64,000 nt of DNA from assembly GCA_965116765.1 (NCBI GenBank), contig OZ220718.1, positions 3,904,848 through 3,968,847 of the forward strand, in the 5' to 3' direction. Of this stretch, positions 59,622 through 64,000 are shown piece after piece. Under the pieces are notes generated by a model. The model was not told the origin of the DNA. It did not search any database and saw only the letters and a list, made by a program, of their open reading frames with translations. This stretch comes from Vicinamibacterales bacterium (lineage in GTDB: Bacteria > Acidobacteriota > Vicinamibacteria > Vicinamibacterales > UBA8438). Position 1 is the first letter of the stretch; each line of letters starts with the position of its first letter. The position numbers were made by a program, and so were the translations under genes.

Positions 59622-60902
59622 TCATGCCTTCGCCCACGGAAAGCTCGCCGTTCGCAACCCAAGGCGCGTGAGCCCGTAGTCGGACCAGAGCCGCATGGCC
59701 GGGAATCGCACCTCCTTCCCGGTCCGCACCTGGTGCTTGCGACAGAGCCATTGGCGCAGCCGCCGGGTCGCGTGCCGGTCGACCGCCTCGTAGGCCGGGC
59801 TGACCTGCCCCAGGGTGAAGTAGTTCGCCCATCCCGTCAACAGACGGTTCAGGCGCGCCACCACAACGCCCGGCGGCAGGTGCCCACTACGCGGCGTCGT
59901 CAGTTCGCTCACGCGGCGGCAGATGCTCTGGACGCTCGCCGAGCTCGGGCGCGTGCCGATGTAGGCGGCTCCCGTGGTCGGTCGATAGTTGCGCCCAATC
60001 CGGTAGCCGAGGAACGTCATCGGTTCCTCCGGCACCCGGCAGCAGCGGGTCTTCTCGGCGTTCATCGGCAGCTTCAGTCGCTTCATCAGTCCCTCGACTG
60101 CCGCCAGCATCATCGATGCCGGCGCTCGGCCGAGCACCGCGAAGTCGTCCGCATAGTTGACGATTTCCGCTCCGAAGCACCGGGCGTACCCCAGCACCTT
60201 CCAGCCCCGGATGAAGCGACGCATGTAGACGTTGCTGAACAGCGGCGAAATCGGCGCCCCTTGCGGGGTACCCTTCCGCTCGCGTCGCGCACGGTTCGTC
60301 CGGCGGCGTCCGCCCCGACCGTCGTCCTCCTCGACCGCCATCTCCAGCCACGCCTTGACCCACCCCAACAGCCGACCGTCGCTCACGCGACGGGCGACCG
60401 ATTTCAGCAGGTCCGCGTGCGGGATTTCGCCGAAGTAGTTCGTCAGGTCGGCGTCCACCACCTCCCGGTGCCCGGTGTTCAGCAGCCGGTGTACGCGTCT
60501 GACCGCGTCATTCGCGCTCCGGCCCGGCCGGTAGGCGTATTGCTCCGGTTCCAGGTCCGCTTCGAAAATCGGCGACAACACCAGCATCGCCGCCGTCTGC
60601 GCCACCCGGTCCCGGAGACACGGTATGCCCAACGGCCGGAACTTCCCGCGCTGCTTCTTCGGGATGAGCACCTGCCGAACCGCACGCGGCCGGTAGGTCC
60701 CCTCCTTCAGGTCCCGCGCCAGTGCGCCCAACCACCCGTCCACCCCCTGCGATTCGACGTCCGCGACCGTCTCGCCGTCCACCCCGGCCGCGCCGCCGTT
60801 GCGGCGGACGGTCTGCCAGGCGACCGCAAGCACGTCGTCGCGCCACACCTTGTCGCTCAGCGAGTAGAACCGGAAGTCGGCGAGCTTCCTTCGCTTTCGC
60901 AT
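59622..60902 (-). CDS. group II intron reverse transcriptase/maturase (no endonuclease domain)
   Basis: GGAAGVDG, RPLGIPCLRDRVAQ, the YADD box (VNYADDFAVL), and the maturase X domain (LNRLLTGWANYF). Confidence 0.9.
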   Translation of the reverse strand: MRKRRKLADFRFYSLSDKVWRDDVLAVAWQTVRRNGGAAGVDGETVADVESQGVDGWLGALARDLKEGTYRPRAVRQVLIPKKQRGKFRPLGIPCLRDRVAQTAAMLVLSPIFEADLEPEQYAYRPGRSANDAVRRVHRLLNTGHREVVDADLTNYFGEIPHADLLKSVARRVSDGRLLGWVKAWLEMAVEEDDGRGGRRRTNRARRERKGTPQGAPISPLFSNVYMRRFIRGWKVLGYARCFGAEIVNYADDFAVLGRAPASMMLAAVEGLMKRLKLPMNAEKTRCCRVPEEPMTFLGYRIGRNYRPTTGAAYIGTRPSSASVQSICRRVSELTTPRSGHLPPGVVVARLNRLLTGWANYFTLGQVSPAYEAVDRHATRRLRQWLCRKHQVRTGKEVRFPAMRLWSDYGLTRLGLRTASFPWAKA

Positions 60903-61436
60903 GTAGCACCGTCTGGAGTCGCTGAACACGTTCTGAGGCTGCTAGGCCTTCGCCAGTCCCCACGTCCCTTCCTCCGTCATGCGCTGCTCTCGAACCGAGG
61001 CCCCTTCCCTCCACCGGCGTTACCCGGCTTCCCCGGTACTACAGGCCTCTCCGCCACCCTCGCCGGCCCAACCTGACCCTCGCGGGCTGTCGGTTGGCGC
61101 GTGCCACGCCACCGGCAGGGCTTCCCGTGTTGCGTCCATTCCCCTCTTCCATGCGTGCTGTCGCCAATACCCCGGCGGAAACGGTCGGTGCTCCCGTCGC
61201 TCGCTTCCCGACCGCTGGCAGCCTTCCCCGTGTGGCAGGCGGGTCGGCTTCCGCATCACAGGTTTCGGGGCCTGCTCGGCGTTCAGTCGCGTTACGGCCC
61301 GCATGGTCGCTGAACCGCCCACGGCGGCCCTTGTCGTCGGAGTGCTTCGGGCGATATCGTTGCCTCCATCGTCCGCTCCGATTGCTACCGGCTGGAGCGA
61401 CAGTTGCCGGGCGGGATTCGCACCCGCTGAGGAATG

Positions 61437-61451
61437 GCGCCGTCACGGCGC
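61437..61451 (-). terminator. short hairpin between the DUF1501 stop and the intron 5' end
   Basis: GCGCCG-TGA-CGGCGC on the minus strand lies about 15 nt after the stop and 13 nt before the intron GTGCG. Confidence 0.4.
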
Positions 61452-61465
61452 ACCACCACGGGCTG

Positions 61466-62725
61466 CTACGCGAACAGCCGCATCGGCTCGAACGAGCCCT
61501 TGAGAATCGACGCGCTGTCGTCGAACCCGAGCCACCCCTCGATCATCGACGCGTAGACGCGCCTGAAGTCGGTGGTCATCTTCAGGTTGCCGTCGTCGAG
61601 ATCGGTCAGGCTGGGGTGCCGGCCGTGCAGGCCGCCGGCGACGCCGGGGCCGACGACGAACATCGGGGTCGCGGTGCCGTGGTCGGTGCCGAGGCTGGCG
61701 TTCTCCTCGACGCGGCGGCCGAACTCGGTGAACACCATCATCGCCACGTCGCCGGCGCGGCCGATGCGCTGCAGGTCGTCCATGAACCCCCGGATCGCGT
61801 CGGCGGTGTACGCGAGCAGGCGCGAGTGCGGGTCGGCCTGGTGCACGTGGGTGTCGAACGAGTTGCCCTGGTAGGCGACGTAGTAGAGCCGCGTCGGCAT
61901 GTCGGCGTGGATCAGCGCCGCCACCTGCCGGAGCTGCGGCGAGAGGCCGCCGATGCCGTAGTCGACGGGGGTGCGGTAGGCGGCGGACGCCTCGCGGACG
62001 AGCTGCGCGCTCTCGACCGCGTTGGCCGCCGTCGACGCCAGGAACTCCAGGGCGGGGTTGTCGGCCGCCGTCGGCCGCAGCCGCTCGATGGCCTGCTTCT
62101 CCGTCTCGGTGCCCACCCGGCGGAAGCCGCGGGGATTGTTGAAGACGAGGGGCTGGTGGTGGCGCGCCTGCACCGCCAGCGACTGGCGGGTCCCGATGTT
62201 GACGATCCTGTTGCCCTGGGCGTCGTGGTCATAGACGCCGTCGGCGAGGCGGCCCAGCCACCCGAGGGGCTCGCCGCCGTTGGGCACCCCGGTGTGCCAG
62301 AACCCCATCGACGAGAAGTGCGACAGGCTGGGGTTGTCGTAGCCGCAGCCGTGCACGACGCCGAGCATGCCCTCCTTGTAGAGGCGCTCGAAGCCGGTCA
62401 TCGACGGGTGCAGCCCGTAGCCGTCGGCGATGGGGATGACGTCGCGGGGCCGGACGCCGAGGTTCGGCCGCACGCGGTAGTACTCGTCGTCGCCGTAGGG
62501 GACGACGGTGTTCAGGCCGTCGTTGCCGCCGGACAGCTCGACGACGACGAGGATGCGCTCGGGACGGCTCTCGGCGCTCGTGCCCTCGAGGGCCTGCGCG
62601 GTCAGCGCCGCCGACGTCCGGTCGAGCAGCACCGGCAGCCCGGCGGTGAGCCCGATGCCGTACAGCCCCTTCCGCAGGAAGTCGCGCCGCGAGCAACCAC
62701 AGCCGTTGAGTTGGCGGATAGTCAT
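61466..62725 (-). CDS. DUF1501 (sulfatase-like) protein with a Tat signal
   Basis: MTIRQLNGCGCSRRDFLRKGLYGIGLTAGLPVLL. Conserved GGNDGLN, FDTH and TEFGRR blocks. Confidence 0.85.
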   Translation of the reverse strand: MTIRQLNGCGCSRRDFLRKGLYGIGLTAGLPVLLDRTSAALTAQALEGTSAESRPERILVVVELSGGNDGLNTVVPYGDDEYYRVRPNLGVRPRDVIPIADGYGLHPSMTGFERLYKEGMLGVVHGCGYDNPSLSHFSSMGFWHTGVPNGGEPLGWLGRLADGVYDHDAQGNRIVNIGTRQSLAVQARHHQPLVFNNPRGFRRVGTETEKQAIERLRPTAADNPALEFLASTAANAVESAQLVREASAAYRTPVDYGIGGLSPQLRQVAALIHADMPTRLYYVAYQGNSFDTHVHQADPHSRLLAYTADAIRGFMDDLQRIGRAGDVAMMVFTEFGRRVEENASLGTDHGTATPMFVVGPGVAGGLHGRHPSLTDLDDGNLKMTTDFRRVYASMIEGWLGFDDSASILKGSFEPMRLFA

Positions 62726-62946
62726 CGTTCCTCTCTCCACTACACCCGAAGTGTCTGCGCCTCGGACGACGGGGACTCCTGCGGGGTCGGGGGGCGAAGC
62801 CGCGGCGCGGTGACCCGACCGCCGGGCGACGAGTTGCCGCGCCAGGTACGGCCATCGACGCGAGCTTGCCAACCTTGCACCCGGACGCAGCCCGTTCTCG
62901 CGGTTCCGGCGCCTGGCGCGTGACGCGGTCGGTCCCCGTCACCGCG

Positions 62947-64000
62947 CTACGCGAGCTGGTACTCCGGCGCGCTCAGCACGAGATAGAGCAGCGAGCGCAA
63001 CGCCCCTTCCACCCGCGGCCCCGGCCCCGGCAGGCGGTCGCCGCCCAGGTCCTCCCGCAGCCGCTCGACGAGCACCGCGCGGGCCGCGTCCTCGACGGGA
63101 ACGCGGAGGAACCGCCGCACGAAGTGGTCGACGACGTCCCCGGCCGTCGTGGCCCCGGCCGCCGTCACCATGGCGAACAGATCGAGGTCGGCGGTGGCCC
63201 TCGGAATCGGAATCAGCCGGTCGAAGGCCATGACGTAGCCCATGTAGCCGCCGTAGCGGGTGTTGTACTCCTCGTCGCGGTCGACGAGCCGGCTCGACTC
63301 GGCGTCGCCGCCCTCCTGGGTGGCGGCGGTGATGTTCATGCCCTGCTCGATGCGCCGGCCGACCCGCGCGTAGATGCCGGGGACGTTCCGGTCGGGCGCC
63401 CAGAAGCCGTCGCGGTCGGGGAACAGGACGCCGCGGAACAGGTTGCCGCGCTCGAGGAGCAGGGCCGGCGTGATCCACGTCCGGCCGCCGGCCCACCCCG
63501 CCACGTTGGGCGGATTGAACAGCGTCTGGCCCAGGCCCGCCGTCAGCCGGTTGAAGTCGGGGATGGTGGGCAGCCGGGTCAGGCCGAGCTTCCGGTAGGT
63601 CGAGACCACGAGCTGCACGGGGCTCTTGATCTGCGTCGCCACCGAGGCCGGGCTGTAGAAGTCCCTCGACAGGAAGATCCGCCGCAGCAGGGGCCGCAGC
63701 TCGTAGCCGGCCTCGCGGAACGTGTCGCCGAGCTCGGCGCGGGTCGCCGGGTCGAGCTCCTCGCGCACCAGGAACCGGTAGAGCTTGCCGGCGATGAACT
63801 CGGCCGTCACCGGCGTCTCGAGGATGATGTCGATGATGTCCTCGCCGTCGAAGGGGCCGGTGCGCCCGAGGAAGGTCTTCTCGCCGAAGTCGTGGTTGCC
63901 GGCGTCGAACCGGAACTCCACGCCGTCGTTCGTCCATCCCGTGAACGCGCGGGAGGCCTCGCGGATGTCCCGCTCGCTGTAGTTGCCCACCCCCATCGTG
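62947..64000 (-). CDS. DUF1800 protein; N-terminus lies beyond the window end
   Basis: ERDIREASRAFTGWT...NPPNVAGWAGG is the DUF1800 pattern. It shows the usual pairing with DUF1501. The frame is open to the window edge. Confidence 0.8.
   Translation of the reverse strand, partial: TMGVGNYSERDIREASRAFTGWTNDGVEFRFDAGNHDFGEKTFLGRTGPFDGEDIIDIILETPVTAEFIAGKLYRFLVREELDPATRAELGDTFREAGYELRPLLRRIFLSRDFYSPASVATQIKSPVQLVVSTYRKLGLTRLPTIPDFNRLTAGLGQTLFNPPNVAGWAGGRTWITPALLLERGNLFRGVLFPDRDGFWAPDRNVPGIYARVGRRIEQGMNITAATQEGGDAESSRLVDRDEEYNTRYGGYMGYVMAFDRLIPIPRATADLDLFAMVTAAGATTAGDVVDHFVRRFLRVPVEDAARAVLVERLREDLGGDRLPGPGPRVEGALRSLLYLVLSAPEYQLA

Larger units (their letters stand above)
59501..61423 (-). mobile_element. 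bacterial group II intron (5' end well supported, 3' end approximate)
   Basis: The minus strand starts GTGCGAATCCC at 61423. The RT/maturase ORF lies in the expected domain IV position. A canonical domain V lies just after the ORF. Total length of about 1.9 kb is typical. Confidence 0.8.

Overview
Very GC-rich bacterial chromosomal segment. Most long ORFs in the six-frame track are Arg/Gly/Pro/Ala-rich antisense or off-frame artefacts. I support about 55 protein genes and saw no rRNA, tRNA or CRISPR array. The backbone is housekeeping and envelope functions: secD, clpS-clpA, fabZ, a DsbD-like protein, an M1 peptidase, several amidohydrolases and alpha/beta hydrolases, an ADOP-type FtsX permease, and a DUF1501/DUF1800 pair. 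By inference this gene mix suggests an Acidobacteria/Gemmatimonadota-like organism. Lower-GC accessory patches interrupt the backbone. (1) 23.5-26.2 kb: an operon of an orphan MNT nucleotidyltransferase, a 71-aa ORF, an ABC/AAA_21-type ATPase and a translationally coupled small TOPRIM/DUF4276-like protein. This is my best candidate for an undescribed PARIS/OLD-like defence module. (2) 13.9-17.4 kb: a Schlafen/AlbA_2-HATPase protein with an unusual C-terminal extension, a truncated PIN gene and a STAND-like ATPase. (3) 31.3-33.0 kb: an AbiEii-like nucleotidyltransferase with a non-canonical upstream partner. There are also HigBA, RHH-PIN and VapBC modules and a membrane MutS-like ATPase. Other notable signals: an in-frame TGA in a PCYCGC-family gene, sitting where a CxxC cysteine is expected and followed by a hairpin (selenocysteine candidate); an exact sigma-54 promoter with tandem dyads upstream of a FliA-type sigma factor gene, next to an NtrC-type activator; a group II intron inserted behind a hairpin downstream of the DUF1501 gene; a dispersed ~80-bp structured repeat family (at least 10 copies, one tandem pair); a 121-bp tandem duplication; and three frame-disrupted genes that may be real pseudogenes or assembly indels.
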